Shown here: positions 36,878 through 46,721 of the stretch, piece after piece | How positions within the stretch are numbered: position 1 is the first letter of the stretch | Layout: each line of letters starts with the position of its first letter | DNA from: Pseudomonadota bacterium | GTDB taxonomy: Bacteria; Pseudomonadota; Gammaproteobacteria; Steroidobacterales; Woeseiaceae | Assembly: GCA_039183535.1 (NCBI GenBank) | Contig: JBCDBO010000011.1 | Coordinates: 1,404-65,403 of the forward strand | Direction of reading: 5' to 3' | DNA: 64,000 nt | Notes under the pieces: generated by a model | The model's input: only the letters and a program-made list of their open reading frames with translations | Told to the model about the DNA's origin: nothing | Databases searched by the model: none | Translations under genes and position numbers: made by a program

Positions 36878-39520
36878 ATGTTGGATGAAGCACCTTTTCG
36901 CTCGCCCATCGATTTAGGCATCGATGCAGACGTTGCTGCGTCAAAGCGACTTGTACTCAAGTTTGGTGGCACAAGCGTCGCGACGCTTGAGCGCTGGCAA
37001 CGCATCCGCCAGATCTTGCAATCGCGGCTGGCAGACGATTGGCGACCTCTGGTCGTCCATTCGGCGCTCGGTGGCGTCTCAAATTCTCTGCAGGCATTGG
37101 TTCGTGCGACTGAACGCGGTGCCGGTGCAAACGAACTTGACGCTGTTATTGTGCAACATCGCGATCTTGCGTCGGCGATGCAACTTGATGCCGATGCGTT
37201 GCTCGGCGACTATTTTGACGAGTTATCACAGCTCAGTGCAGGGACGCGATTGGTTCGCGAGGTTAGCCCACGTGTTCATGCGCGTATTCTTGGGCTCGGT
37301 GAGCTAATGGCAACCCGCATGTCAGCGGCGTGGCTGGCGGCTCATGGCGTACCAACCGAGTGGCGAGATCCGCGTGACTGGTTAACGGCAGAGCGACGGC
37401 CCAGTGCGTCCGAGCGCCAGCTATACCTGAGTGCAACGTGTGCTGCGACGTTCGATCCAAGGCTAGCAGCTGCGCTTGACGAGACCGACGGCGTCTTATT
37501 GTTGCCAGGGTTTTTGGCGGCGAATGCCGATCGAGAGACGGTCCTTTTAGGTCGGGGTGGTTCCGATACGAGCGCGGCGTATTTTGCCGTCAAAGTGGCG
37601 GCGGCCCGCGTCGAGATGTTCTCCGACGTTCCCGGCGTTTTTAGTGCGGATCCACGTTTTGTGCAAGGTGCACGACTGTTGCAGCAACTGCACTACGATG
37701 AGGCCCAGGAAATAGCGTCGACCGGTAGTACCGTTCTGCACCCAAGGGCAGTCCCGCCGCTGCGTCGAGCAGGTATTCCGTTGTATTTGCGCTCCATCGA
37801 CCAGCCAGATGTCGACGGTACCGTCATTTCGCCAGCTGTCGACGATGATACGCCGGTGGTCAAAGCCGTTTCGGTACAGTCCGGTATTACTTTGGTGTCA
37901 CTCGAAGGCATTGCGATGTGGCAGGAGTCGGGTTTCTTGGCGCGGGCCTTCCAGGTGTTTGCCGACGCCGGTATCTCGATCGATTTTGTCTCAACGTCGG
38001 AGAGCAGTGTCACGCTGTCGATCGATCCACGTGGCGGGGAATTAGCCGAGGGTGTTATCGACGATGTGGTCGAGTCCCTGCGTACGCTTTGTCGAGTGCG
38101 ACTCCTCAAAGATTGTGCGGCGGTGAGTCTGGTTGGGCGCCGTATTCGGGCGACCTTGCATCAGATTGGTTCGGCCATGGAAGTATTCGAGGAGGAGCGG
38201 GTCTATCTCGTTAGCCAAGCGGCGAACGATTTGAACTTCAGTTTTGTCACTGACGAAGATAACGCGTATCGCTTGGTATCGCGGCTGCACAACTTGTTGT
38301 TTCCAGCGTCGCTTCGTGGCGCAAGCTTTGGCCCGTCGTGGTCCACCTTGCAACGGCAGGTTTCGCTACCAGAGGTCTCCGAGCCACGCTGGTGGGAATC
38401 GCATGCGCCGGCGCTTTTGCAGCTAATGGATGATCGCCAAGCGGCGTATGTCTACAGTCTCGATGAGGTGCGGATGGCGGCGGAGCGGCTGCAGTCGATG
38501 CAGCATGTAGCCGCTGTTTTCTTCGCGATGAAGTCCAATTCACATCCCGACATTTTGCGAACCTTGGTCGACTGCGGAATCAACCTTGAGTGCGTATCAC
38601 CCGGTGAGCTGCACCGCGTTTTTGATTTGTTCCCAGATCTCGATCCTAAGCGGGTTTTGTTTACGCCAAACTTCGCTCCGCGTAATGAATACGCGCTAGG
38701 TATCGAACGGGGCGTTAATTTGACGCTCGACAATCTCTTTCCGTTACGGCAGTGGCCCGATTTGTTCGCCGGGCAAGACTTGTTCGTTCGCCTTGACCCC
38801 GGTCAAGGACGCGGTCACCACGAGCACGTCAAAACAGCCGGTAGTCATGCAAAGTTCGGTATCCCGTTGTTTGAGTTAGATGAGTTGGCTGCATTGGTTG
38901 CGTCTGCCGGCGCTCGCATTGTCGGTATCCACGCGCACAGCGGTAGCGGGATTCTTGATCATGATAACTGGGAACAGGTAGCCGCGACGCTCGCTGCCGC
39001 GGCGGAGCGATTCCCCGACGTGCGGGTTCTCGATCTTGGTGGTGGCCTCGGAGTGCCCGAGCGAAGCGGAGATCAGGAACTCGACATCCGCCGGCTGGAT
39101 GAGAGTTTGGCCGAGTGGCGTGACCGCGCACCGCAGTATGAGTTGTGGTTGGAGCCCGGCCGCTATCTTGTCGCCGCGGCCGGCGTGTTGATGGCGCGGG
39201 TTACGCAGACCAAAGGCAAGGGTCGGATGAAGTATGTCGGGATTGCGACCGGTATGAACAGTCTTATTCGACCTGCTTTGTATGGCGCCTATCACGAGAT
39301 CGCGAATCTGTCGCGTCTTGATGATCCAGCGAACGACCTGGTGACGGTTGTTGGTCCTATTTGCGAGTCCGCTGACAAACTGGGCACCGACCGACTGCTG
39401 CCCGTGAGCGAGGAGGGCGATGTGATCCTAATCGCCAATGCGGGTGCGTACGGTGCTGTTATGGCGTCCGATTACAATCTGCGCGATCGCGTCGAGGAGC
39501 TGACTCTAACGATCAAGTGA
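36878..39520 (+). CDS. Bifunctional aspartate kinase / diaminopimelate decarboxylase fusion
   Basis: N-terminal aspartokinase (LKFGGTSVATLERW ... GRGGSDTSAAYFA ... ACT-like region) fused to an Orn/DAP/Arg decarboxylase fold (FFAMKSNSHPDIL, LDLGGGLGVPE, VGPICESADKLG). Confidence 0.9.
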   Translation: MLDEAPFRSPIDLGIDADVAASKRLVLKFGGTSVATLERWQRIRQILQSRLADDWRPLVVHSALGGVSNSLQALVRATERGAGANELDAVIVQHRDLASAMQLDADALLGDYFDELSQLSAGTRLVREVSPRVHARILGLGELMATRMSAAWLAAHGVPTEWRDPRDWLTAERRPSASERQLYLSATCAATFDPRLAAALDETDGVLLLPGFLAANADRETVLLGRGGSDTSAAYFAVKVAAARVEMFSDVPGVFSADPRFVQGARLLQQLHYDEAQEIASTGSTVLHPRAVPPLRRAGIPLYLRSIDQPDVDGTVISPAVDDDTPVVKAVSVQSGITLVSLEGIAMWQESGFLARAFQVFADAGISIDFVSTSESSVTLSIDPRGGELAEGVIDDVVESLRTLCRVRLLKDCAAVSLVGRRIRATLHQIGSAMEVFEEERVYLVSQAANDLNFSFVTDEDNAYRLVSRLHNLLFPASLRGASFGPSWSTLQRQVSLPEVSEPRWWESHAPALLQLMDDRQAAYVYSLDEVRMAAERLQSMQHVAAVFFAMKSNSHPDILRTLVDCGINLECVSPGELHRVFDLFPDLDPKRVLFTPNFAPRNEYALGIERGVNLTLDNLFPLRQWPDLFAGQDLFVRLDPGQGRGHHEHVKTAGSHAKFGIPLFELDELAALVASAGARIVGIHAHSGSGILDHDNWEQVAATLAAAAERFPDVRVLDLGGGLGVPERSGDQELDIRRLDESLAEWRDRAPQYELWLEPGRYLVAAAGVLMARVTQTKGKGRMKYVGIATGMNSLIRPALYGAYHEIANLSRLDDPANDLVTVVGPICESADKLGTDRLLPVSEEGDVILIANAGAYGAVMASDYNLRDRVEELTLTIK

Positions 39521-39829
39521 TGGCTGCCGCGCGGCGTGCCGCTCGCGCAGCAGAGCGGCAATATCGGTTAACCGAATGCCTCTATCCGCCATCAAGACCA
39601 ATAAATGAAAAATGAGGTCGGCGATTTCGTTGCGTAGGAATTCATCGCCGCTATCGGTAACGCTGGCGAGGGCAACCTCCAGCGCTTCCTCGCCCACTTT
39701 TTGCGCAATGCGCGCGGTACCTTCGGCCACCAGTTTGGCGGTGTAACTGTAACCGTCGGCCGCTGCGATTCGCTGCTGCACAACGCGTTCTAGTTCGTAC
39801 AGAAATGGATCCTCAGTGTCCATGGGCAT
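39506..39829 (-). CDS. hisE: Phosphoribosyl-ATP pyrophosphatase
   Basis: 107 aa. [28 protein letters not shown] ... [13 protein letters not shown]. Confidence 0.9.
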   Translation of the reverse strand: MPMDTEDPFLYELERVVQQRIAAADGYSYTAKLVAEGTARIAQKVGEEALEVALASVTDSGDEFLRNEIADLIFHLLVLMADRGIRLTDIAALLRERHAARQPSLDR

Positions 39830-40610
39830 TGTCCTCGTTTGGTGGACGCACGGTGATACCGGCCTTACGTAGAAACCGCTTCAAGTCGGGAATCGTAATT
39901 TCGCCGCTGTGAAAAACGCTCGCTGCCAGAGCACCACTGACATTCGCACGTTCGAAAACACGCGCGAAGTGGCGTGGTTCGCCGGCGCCCCCGCTGGCGA
40001 TTAGCGGTAAATTTATTGCCGCACGAACTTCGGCCAACTGCTCGCAGTCGTAACCGTTGCGCACGCCGTCTTGATTCATGCAATTCAAAACGATCTCGCC
40101 CGCGCCCCGCTCGGCAACTTCGCGAGCCCAGTCAACGACATCACGCCCGGCCGCGCTCGTTTTGCCAGGGTCGCCCGTATTACGGAAAGCACGCAAGGAG
40201 CCGTCGGCGCCGCGTTGCGAGTCAATACCGACGACGATGCATTGTGAGCCGAACCGCTTGGCAAGCTCATCGACCAACGCTGGGCGTTCCAAGGCCGGCG
40301 AGTTCACCGAGATCTTGTCGGCGCCCCGATTCAAGACCGCTTCGGCATCGGCGATCGAACGAATGCCGCCGGCAACACAGAATGGAATGTTTAGCTCGGC
40401 GGCAATCCGATCAATCCATTCGCGAGCGACGGGCCGTCCCTCTGGGCTGGCCGTGATGTCGTAAAACACCAGCTCATCGGCGCCGTCGGCGCGATAGCGC
40501 CGCGCAAGCTCGACAATGTCACCGACGACGCGGTGGTTACGAAACTGGACGCCTTTGACAACCTGGCCATCGCGAACGTCAAGACAGGGAATTATGCGGC
40601 GGGTAAGTAT
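39813..40610 (-). CDS. hisF: Imidazole glycerol phosphate synthase cyclase subunit (start codon uncertain)
   Basis: Homology ([20 protein letters not shown]...) extends 47 codons upstream of the first canonical start (GTG at 40469). No ATG, GTG or TTG is in frame there. An ATA at 40608-40610 sits where Met1 is expected, 8 nt after GGAG. Confidence 0.85.
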   Translation of the reverse strand: MLTRRIIPCLDVRDGQVVKGVQFRNHRVVGDIVELARRYRADGADELVFYDITASPEGRPVAREWIDRIAAELNIPFCVAGGIRSIADAEAVLNRGADKISVNSPALERPALVDELAKRFGSQCIVVGIDSQRGADGSLRAFRNTGDPGKTSAAGRDVVDWAREVAERGAGEIVLNCMNQDGVRNGYDCEQLAEVRAAINLPLIASGGAGEPRHFARVFERANVSGALAASVFHSGEITIPDLKRFLRKAGITVRPPNEDNAHGH

Positions 40611-41332
40611 GGCGTCAACTCCTGCGGTGTCAGGTGACCGTCGAGCAAGGCCTTGCCGACGATGGCGGCATGGGCACCCGTCGTCGCGAGCGTTGCCAGA
40701 TCGTCGGCGTTGCGAACACCGCCAGACGCTTGCAGTGCAATCGATGGGTGTGTGCGAGCGATTTGTCGATACAGTTCAACATTCGGTCCGGTCATCGCAC
40801 CATCGCGGCTGACGTCGGTACAGAGCACATGACGCAGACCGACCGTGCTGTACGACGCGATGACATCGCCGAGGCGACGGTTGGTTTGCTGAGTCCAGCC
40901 ATGGGTTGTGACAAGCGGTACACCGTGTTCGTCAAGATTTATGTCGAGCGCTAAGACGATACGTTCCGGACCGAACTCGATGAGCCAATCGGCCACGACC
41001 GAGGCGTGGGTTATTGCAATACTGCCAACAACAACGCGGGTCACACCGGCCTCGAATAGACGTAGCGCATCCTGCTGTGAGCGAATTCCACCGCCGACCT
41101 GAACATCCATGTCGGTCGCATCGATTATGTTGCGGACCATCGCCGTGTTGGTTGGTGCGCCGTTGGCGGCTCCGTCGAGGTCGACGACATGCAGCATCGT
41201 CGCGCCAAATTCAGCGTAGCGTTTGGCGATAGTGACGCCGTCGCCGCTGTAGTCGGTTACCGCATCGAATTTGCCCTGGAATAAACGCACGACACGGCCT
41301 GCTTTCACATCAATAGCGGGAATTAATTGCAT
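40592..41332 (-). CDS. hisA: ProFAR isomerase
   Basis: 246 aa. [20 protein letters not shown] ... VQVGGGIRS ... LQASGGVRN. Confidence 0.95.
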   Translation of the reverse strand: MQLIPAIDVKAGRVVRLFQGKFDAVTDYSGDGVTIAKRYAEFGATMLHVVDLDGAANGAPTNTAMVRNIIDATDMDVQVGGGIRSQQDALRLFEAGVTRVVVGSIAITHASVVADWLIEFGPERIVLALDINLDEHGVPLVTTHGWTQQTNRRLGDVIASYSTVGLRHVLCTDVSRDGAMTGPNVELYRQIARTHPSIALQASGGVRNADDLATLATTGAHAAIVGKALLDGHLTPQELTPYLPAA

Positions 41333-41949
41333 GCAGTGATACTCAGGAAGTTCTTAAGGAGACGCTGGCCCTCGCTAGCCGAGCGTTCTGGGTGAAACTG
41401 GGTGGCAAAGAAATTGCCCTGTTGGACAACGGCGGCGTATCGCTCGCCGTAGTCGTAGGTGGCAGCACAGGGCAGAGCATGCGCTGCTATCGCATAGCTA
41501 TGCACGTAGTAGTGAAAGGTTGGGTCCGCATAGCCATCAAACAACAGCGAGTCGCCGCTCTGTCGAGTCTGGTTCCAACCCATATGCGGAACGACCAATG
41601 CATCGGACGCTGGAATTCTCCGCACATCGCAGTTGAAAACTCCGAGGCACGGTGTGTCATCCTCCTCGGAGTAGTTCGCGAGCAAATGCATGCCAAGGCA
41701 AATGCCGAGTACCGGTTGCGTTAGTTCCTTAATGACGTTGTTTAGCCGGTGTTGCTCAAGGCGCTGCATCGCATCACCGGCTGCGCCAACACCCGGTAGA
41801 ACGACGTGCGAGGCAGTGCTAATTACGGCGGCGTCTATACTCACTTGCGCCTTAACATTTAAGCGTTGAAACGCGTATTTGAGCGATGCCAGGTTTGCGC
41901 CGCCCGTGTCAACGATGACGACGCTTGACGAGGCGTGGTCTACGCTCAC
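41323..41949 (-). CDS. hisH: Imidazole glycerol phosphate synthase glutamine amidotransferase subunit
   Basis: GATase-1 motifs (VLPGVGAAGDAM, GICLGMHLL, FHPERS). GTG start in a GTGA overlap with the hisB stop, preferred over the ORF-track start at 42030. Confidence 0.9.
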   Translation of the reverse strand: MSVDHASSSVVIVDTGGANLASLKYAFQRLNVKAQVSIDAAVISTASHVVLPGVGAAGDAMQRLEQHRLNNVIKELTQPVLGICLGMHLLANYSEEDDTPCLGVFNCDVRRIPASDALVVPHMGWNQTRQSGDSLLFDGYADPTFHYYVHSYAIAAHALPCAATYDYGERYAAVVQQGNFFATQFHPERSASEGQRLLKNFLSITACN

Positions 41950-43016
41950 AGCGTCCCCTTGCTCGACGGAATAGCGTCGCCGTCGCGGCGCGTGGCTTGG
42001 GCTAGTGCTCGGCCAAGTGCCTTGAAGCAAGCTTCGACCATGTGGTGGGTGTTATCGCCGTTGACCGTGACGTGAATGGCGGCCCCAACGCTTACCGCCA
42101 GCGATTCGAAAAAATGCCTGACCATCTCGATCGTTAGGCCACCGACTTCGTCGCGGGGAAACTCGCCGTTGAAACGGCTCACAGGACGTCCCGAGAGATC
42201 GATCAACACCTCGGCGCGTGCTTCATCCATCGGTACGGTAAATCCGTACCGCGCAATGCCGCGTTTGTCGCCGAGGGCTGTCCGAATCGCTTCTCCCAAC
42301 GCCAACGCAACGTCTTCGACGCTGTGGTGGTCGTCGATGTGCAAATCGCCACTGCACGTAACTTCTAGTGAGTAACCACCGTGACGTGCGATCTGCTCGA
42401 GCATGTGGTCGAAAAATCCGATGCCCGTGTCGATGCGTACTGGCGACGTTGTATCGAGCGATAGATCGATACGTATGTCGGTTTCATTCGTACGACGCTG
42501 TATGCTGGCGCGGCGCGGTTGCAAACACAGCTCGTCGGCGATCGCATCCCAGTCCATCGCGCCCTGTTCTGTACCGATTCGAATACCGCGCAAGCCGAGT
42601 TTTTCGGCCAGCATCAGATCGGTATCGCGATCGCCGATGACAGCACAGCGCTCGACATTAAGCGCCGTGCGGGCAAGGTATGGCGCTAGCAGACCAGCCG
42701 CTGGCTTACGGCAGTCGCAACCGTCGTCCGGTAGGTGTGGGCAGATCAGCACATCATCAAATCTGATGCCTTGAGATTCGAACAGAGCCAGCATGAACTG
42801 ATGCGGTGCGTCGAAGTCGTCTTGCGGAAAACTTGCCGTTCCGAGGCCATCTTGGTTACTGACGATAACCAATCGAAACCCCGCCGACTGCAATCGCAGC
42901 AGCGCCGTAATCACACCGGGCACAAGGCGAACCTTGTCGATTCGATCGACCTGCTCATCGGCGGGTTCTTCGATGAGCGTGCCATCGCGGTCGATGAACA
43001 AAACGGCGGCCGTCAT
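41946..43016 (-). CDS. hisB: Bifunctional histidinol-phosphatase / imidazoleglycerol-phosphate dehydratase
   Basis: 356 aa. HAD phosphatase N-terminus (LFIDRDGTLIEEP ... SNQDG) and an IGPD C-terminal half (DDHHSVEDVALALG ... NTHHMVEA). Confidence 0.95.
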   Translation of the reverse strand: MTAAVLFIDRDGTLIEEPADEQVDRIDKVRLVPGVITALLRLQSAGFRLVIVSNQDGLGTASFPQDDFDAPHQFMLALFESQGIRFDDVLICPHLPDDGCDCRKPAAGLLAPYLARTALNVERCAVIGDRDTDLMLAEKLGLRGIRIGTEQGAMDWDAIADELCLQPRRASIQRRTNETDIRIDLSLDTTSPVRIDTGIGFFDHMLEQIARHGGYSLEVTCSGDLHIDDHHSVEDVALALGEAIRTALGDKRGIARYGFTVPMDEARAEVLIDLSGRPVSRFNGEFPRDEVGGLTIEMVRHFFESLAVSVGAAIHVTVNGDNTHHMVEACFKALGRALAQATRRDGDAIPSSKGTL

Positions 43017-44077
43017 GACAGGGTACCGAGCGCGCTGAGGACGGTATCGTTCTGCTCGCGTGTGCCAATCGTGATACGCAGGCTATTTGGGTGCGCGTCA
43101 GCCTTGGAGAAATCACGAATGAGAAATCCAACCTTTTCCACGGCAGTGATCGCTGTTGCAGGATCGATGAACTCGGCAAGTACAAAGTTGGCATCGCTGC
43201 GATAGACAGCTCGAACAGCGGGCAGTGTCGCTAGACGCTGACTGACCCGATTGCGTTCGGCGCGCAGGGTATCGAAACGATTCTTGTCATCTGTTGGTGA
43301 CGACTGTGCTAGGACGCCGAGGATAGCCTCGACGACCGGTGTGGCGATCGAGTACGGAGCAAACACCTTACGAATAAGGAGGCTAAGGTCGGTATCGCCG
43401 ATGATGACGCCGCAGCGGGCGCCGGCCAATGCGAACGCTTTTGATAGCGTTCGCAAGACGACGACGTGCGACTCGTTGGCGTAGCGCTGCGCTGGGTCAT
43501 CGCACTCAGCGAACTCCAAGTAGGCAGCATCAATCACCACGACGGCGCGACCGCGTGTCGCCGCGACAACCGCATCGACCGCGGTCGGACTCATCACGTT
43601 GCCGGTTGGATTGTTTGGACTCGTGATAAACACCAGTTTCGTGGCGTCCGTTATGGTCTCGCGAATTCGGTCGACGTCGAGATCGAACGCGGGCGCGGCC
43701 GTTAGCGGTGCGCGTTGTATCGTCGCACCTTGGACATTGGCATAAACGGCATACATACCAAACGTCGGCGGACAGATCAGCACAGCGTCTTCGCCGGGAC
43801 GGCAGAACGTACGAATCAGAAGATCGATTGCCTCGCTGCTGCCGCGAGTTACCGTAATCCGCTCCGCCGGTTGATTGACCAAGCTGGCGAGGCGCCGCTC
43901 AAGCTCGGTAGGCCGATCGAGTGGATACCAGTTAAGGCCGCGTTGCGTCGTATCACCCACGCGACGAAGCGGCGACTCGTTCGCATTAAGGCGGACCAAC
44001 GCCTCATCGTGAGACGCGGACGTATAGCCGGCCATCGAGACGATCTCCGGCCGTGCCAATTCGGTAACGATACTCAT
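43013..44077 (-). CDS. hisC: Histidinol-phosphate aminotransferase
   Basis: 354 aa. ITSPNNPTGN, and RTLSKAFALAGARCG (PLP lysine). Confidence 0.95.
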   Translation of the reverse strand: MSIVTELARPEIVSMAGYTSASHDEALVRLNANESPLRRVGDTTQRGLNWYPLDRPTELERRLASLVNQPAERITVTRGSSEAIDLLIRTFCRPGEDAVLICPPTFGMYAVYANVQGATIQRAPLTAAPAFDLDVDRIRETITDATKLVFITSPNNPTGNVMSPTAVDAVVAATRGRAVVVIDAAYLEFAECDDPAQRYANESHVVVLRTLSKAFALAGARCGVIIGDTDLSLLIRKVFAPYSIATPVVEAILGVLAQSSPTDDKNRFDTLRAERNRVSQRLATLPAVRAVYRSDANFVLAEFIDPATAITAVEKVGFLIRDFSKADAHPNSLRITIGTREQNDTVLSALGTLS

Positions 44078-44083
44078 CGGCGC

Positions 44084-45382
44084 TTAAGCGAGGCGCAATC
44101 GAACCGCGTTGGCGTGCGCATCGAGCCCCTCTATACCGGCCAACGTGATTGCCGTCGGTCCTATTTTTTCAAGTCCGGCACGAGTCAACGCTTGGACAGT
44201 CATCTGTCGACAAAAATCACTGACGCTCAAGCCGCCAAAGCTGCGTGCATAGCCGTACGTTGGCAGTACATGGTTCGTACCACTGCAGTAGTCGCCAACG
44301 GATTCGGGCGACCACGGACCGAGGAATACGGAACCCGCGTTACGGATATTCGCCAATACATTGCGTGGCTCGGCCATCTGAATGATGAGATGCTCAGGGG
44401 CATAGTGATTGGCGATATCGATCACGTCTTGTCGTTCATCGACGATGATCGACGCACTGGCCGTTAGCGCACTGGCCGCAATGTCACGCCGTGATAAACG
44501 CTGCAATTGCGTATCGACCGCCTTGCCGACAGCGCTCGCCATGTCGGCATCTGTCGTCACGAGCACAACTTGAGAGTCGACACCGTGCTCGGCCTGCGAC
44601 AATAAATCCGACGCAACAAACTGCGGGTCAGCTTGCCGATCGGCGAGCACCATGACTTCGGATGGACCCGCCGGCATATCGATCGCGGCACCGGCTGGAT
44701 CGGCGGCCACTTGTTGCTTCGCTTCAGTAACGTACGCGTTGCCAGGCCCAAAGATCTTGTGGACAGGTGGGACGGTCGCCGTACCGTACGCGAGCGCGGC
44801 AATCGCTTGCGCACCGCCGGCTTTAACGATCGTAGTAATGCCGAGTTCGGCCGCGACGGCGAGTACATGGGGATCCAACGTGCCGTCCGCGCGCGGTGGC
44901 GAGGCGAGTACGACGGTTGGACACTTAGCGAGCAACGCCGGAACACCGAGCATGATGGCCGCACTGGGCAACGGGGCGGTGCCGGCTGGTACGTACAGAC
45001 CCACCGCATCAATTGGTCGAACCAAACGCTCACAAACAACACCTGGCTGAGTTTCGAGTCGTGTTTCCGTCGGCTGTGTCGCTGCATGGAATTTGCGAAC
45101 ATTCGCGACCGCCGCTGCGATAGCAGCGCGCACATCGGGATCGACCGAAGCCACGGCCGCTTGAACCTCGTCGTCACTGACCAAGACTCGGGTTATCGAT
45201 GCGGAATCGAAACGCTGCGCGTAGCCGATCAGGGCCTCGTCGCCGGTGCGTTTGACGTTGTCGATTACCGTTGCGACGGTGGCCGACAAATCGCCCTGCG
45301 TACGTTGTAGCGGTCGAGTCAGCAACGCTTCGCGTTGTGACGCGCTCAGCGTGGCCCAGCGGTAGCATTCAAGGGCGCTCAT
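44084..45382 (-). CDS. hisD: Histidinol dehydrogenase
   Basis: 432 aa. IDMPAGPSEVMVLAD, SQAEHG. Confidence 0.95.
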   Translation of the reverse strand: MSALECYRWATLSASQREALLTRPLQRTQGDLSATVATVIDNVKRTGDEALIGYAQRFDSASITRVLVSDDEVQAAVASVDPDVRAAIAAAVANVRKFHAATQPTETRLETQPGVVCERLVRPIDAVGLYVPAGTAPLPSAAIMLGVPALLAKCPTVVLASPPRADGTLDPHVLAVAAELGITTIVKAGGAQAIAALAYGTATVPPVHKIFGPGNAYVTEAKQQVAADPAGAAIDMPAGPSEVMVLADRQADPQFVASDLLSQAEHGVDSQVVLVTTDADMASAVGKAVDTQLQRLSRRDIAASALTASASIIVDERQDVIDIANHYAPEHLIIQMAEPRNVLANIRNAGSVFLGPWSPESVGDYCSGTNHVLPTYGYARSFGGLSVSDFCRQMTVQALTRAGLEKIGPTAITLAGIEGLDAHANAVRLRLA

Positions 45383-46284
45383 GCCAACATTTTCTCAACA
45401 GGCAGCACTAACACCGAGCTCGCGCCGGCTTCCTTGAGACTTTCTAGCGTTTCCCAGAACACATTCTCGTGGCAAACCGCATGCAGGGCGACGCGGTCCG
45501 GTTGACCTTCGAGCGGCAACACGGTCGGTGCTTCGCTACCGGGCAGCAGATTGCGAATGGCCGCGATCGCGTCACGCGGCGCGTGCAACATGATGTATTT
45601 ACTCTCGCGAACCTGCTGTACGCCTTCGATTCGTTGCAACAAGCGTCCCAGCAGGGCGTTCTTGTCGACATCATCGAGCCCGGCGTGGCGAATGATCCAC
45701 GCTTGTGAGTCCAATATCGAGACGTACTCGCGCAAATGGTTGGCGGCTAGCGTCGAGCCGGTCGAGACAAGATCGCAGATGACATCGGCACAACCAAGCC
45801 GAGGCGCGATTTCCACAGCACCGGAGAAATGAACGATGTCAGCGTCGACACCGTTGTCGCGCAAGTATTGACCGAGCAAGCCTGGGTAGGTTGTCGCGAT
45901 GCGTTTCCCGGCTAGGTCACTGGCGCCGTTGAACGACGCGTCGCTAGGCCCGGCTATCGATAGCCGGCAGCGTCCAAACTCGAGTGGCATGACGCGTTCG
46001 AAAGGCTGAATTTCGCCGTTGCTGTCGCCGGACAATCGCTTCTCTTCGATGACGTTTAGCCCAGCGATACCAAGATCACAAACCCCATCGGCGACTAGAC
46101 CGGGGATATCGTCATCGCGAACGAGCAGAATGTCGACGGGCATATTCTCCCCGTAACAAAACAGCTGGTCCTTGCTTTGCCGGAACGTCAACCCGGCCCG
46201 CGAAAACAGATCCAAACTGTACTGAGTCAGGCGCCCGGATTTTTGCAGCGCAATCCGCAGGCGGTTGCGATCTGATTGACTCAC
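45379..46284 (-). CDS. hisG: ATP phosphoribosyltransferase, long form
   Basis: 301 aa. LRIALQKSGRL, DLVSTGSTLAAN. A C-terminal regulatory domain is present. Confidence 0.95.
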   Translation of the reverse strand: MSQSDRNRLRIALQKSGRLTQYSLDLFSRAGLTFRQSKDQLFCYGENMPVDILLVRDDDIPGLVADGVCDLGIAGLNVIEEKRLSGDSNGEIQPFERVMPLEFGRCRLSIAGPSDASFNGASDLAGKRIATTYPGLLGQYLRDNGVDADIVHFSGAVEIAPRLGCADVICDLVSTGSTLAANHLREYVSILDSQAWIIRHAGLDDVDKNALLGRLLQRIEGVQQVRESKYIMLHAPRDAIAAIRNLLPGSEAPTVLPLEGQPDRVALHAVCHENVFWETLESLKEAGASSVLVLPVEKMLA

Positions 46285-46583
46285 GGCAGTAGCTCCAACG
46301 CTTTGCGGTACCCGCCGCGGCCGGTCCCAAGGTAGCGCGCAACGCGCCCGATCGTCGTCACACTAACGCCGGTCAAATCGTGGATCCGCCGATAGGCGTG
46401 GCCTTGGTTGAGTAAACGGACGACTTGCCACCGATCCACCAAGGCCTGCAACTCGGCTGGCGTGCACAAATCATGCAAAAAATCGCGAACATCGGCGGCT
46501 TCTTCGAGCCCCAGAAGCGCGTTACACAAGTCGAGCTCGGCTTCGCGTATGAGCCGGCCTTTGGCGGGGCGGTTGGGTTTCAT
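46281..46583 (-). CDS. TrpR-like YerC/YecD-family DNA-binding protein, first gene of the his operon
   Basis: 100 aa. FLHDLCTPAELQALVDRWQVVRLLNQGHAYRRIHDLTGVSVTTIGRVARYLGTGRGGY matches the YerC/YecD pattern. 4-nt overlap with hisG. Confidence 0.8.
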   Translation of the reverse strand: MKPNRPAKGRLIREAELDLCNALLGLEEAADVRDFLHDLCTPAELQALVDRWQVVRLLNQGHAYRRIHDLTGVSVTTIGRVARYLGTGRGGYRKALELLP

Positions 46584-46591
46584 AACGTATC

Positions 46592-46615
46592 AATGTATTA
46601 ACGTGTTAGTACATT
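46592..46615. promoter_or_regulatory. AT-rich near-perfect palindrome, candidate operator
   Basis: AATGTATTAAC-gt-GTTAGTACATT: 11-nt arms with one mismatch. It lies 9-32 nt upstream of the ATG of the YerC-like gene, in the divergent region shared with the met operon. Confidence 0.35.
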
Positions 46616-46683
46616 AATGCATAGTGCGGACACCTGGCAAGTCGAAATTCGGCCGCGAGCGGCCCGTTTTGTTGCACGCGGCG

Positions 46684-46713
46684 TTGACAGCGGCGTTTGG
46701 CCCTGCCTAAACT
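46684..46713 (+). promoter_or_regulatory. Sigma-70-like promoter for the riboswitch-controlled met operon
   Basis: TTGACA (46684-46689), an 18-nt spacer, then TAAACT (46708-46713). It ends about 9 nt before the riboswitch P1 stem. Confidence 0.45.
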
Positions 46714-46721
46714 TCGACCAA

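Noticed and set aside
39506-46583. hisI (PR-AMP cyclohydrolase) is missing from the his operon.
   Set aside because: hisE is present as a stand-alone 107-aa gene. hisI is most likely encoded elsewhere, and absence from a 64-kb window is not evidence of pathway loss.
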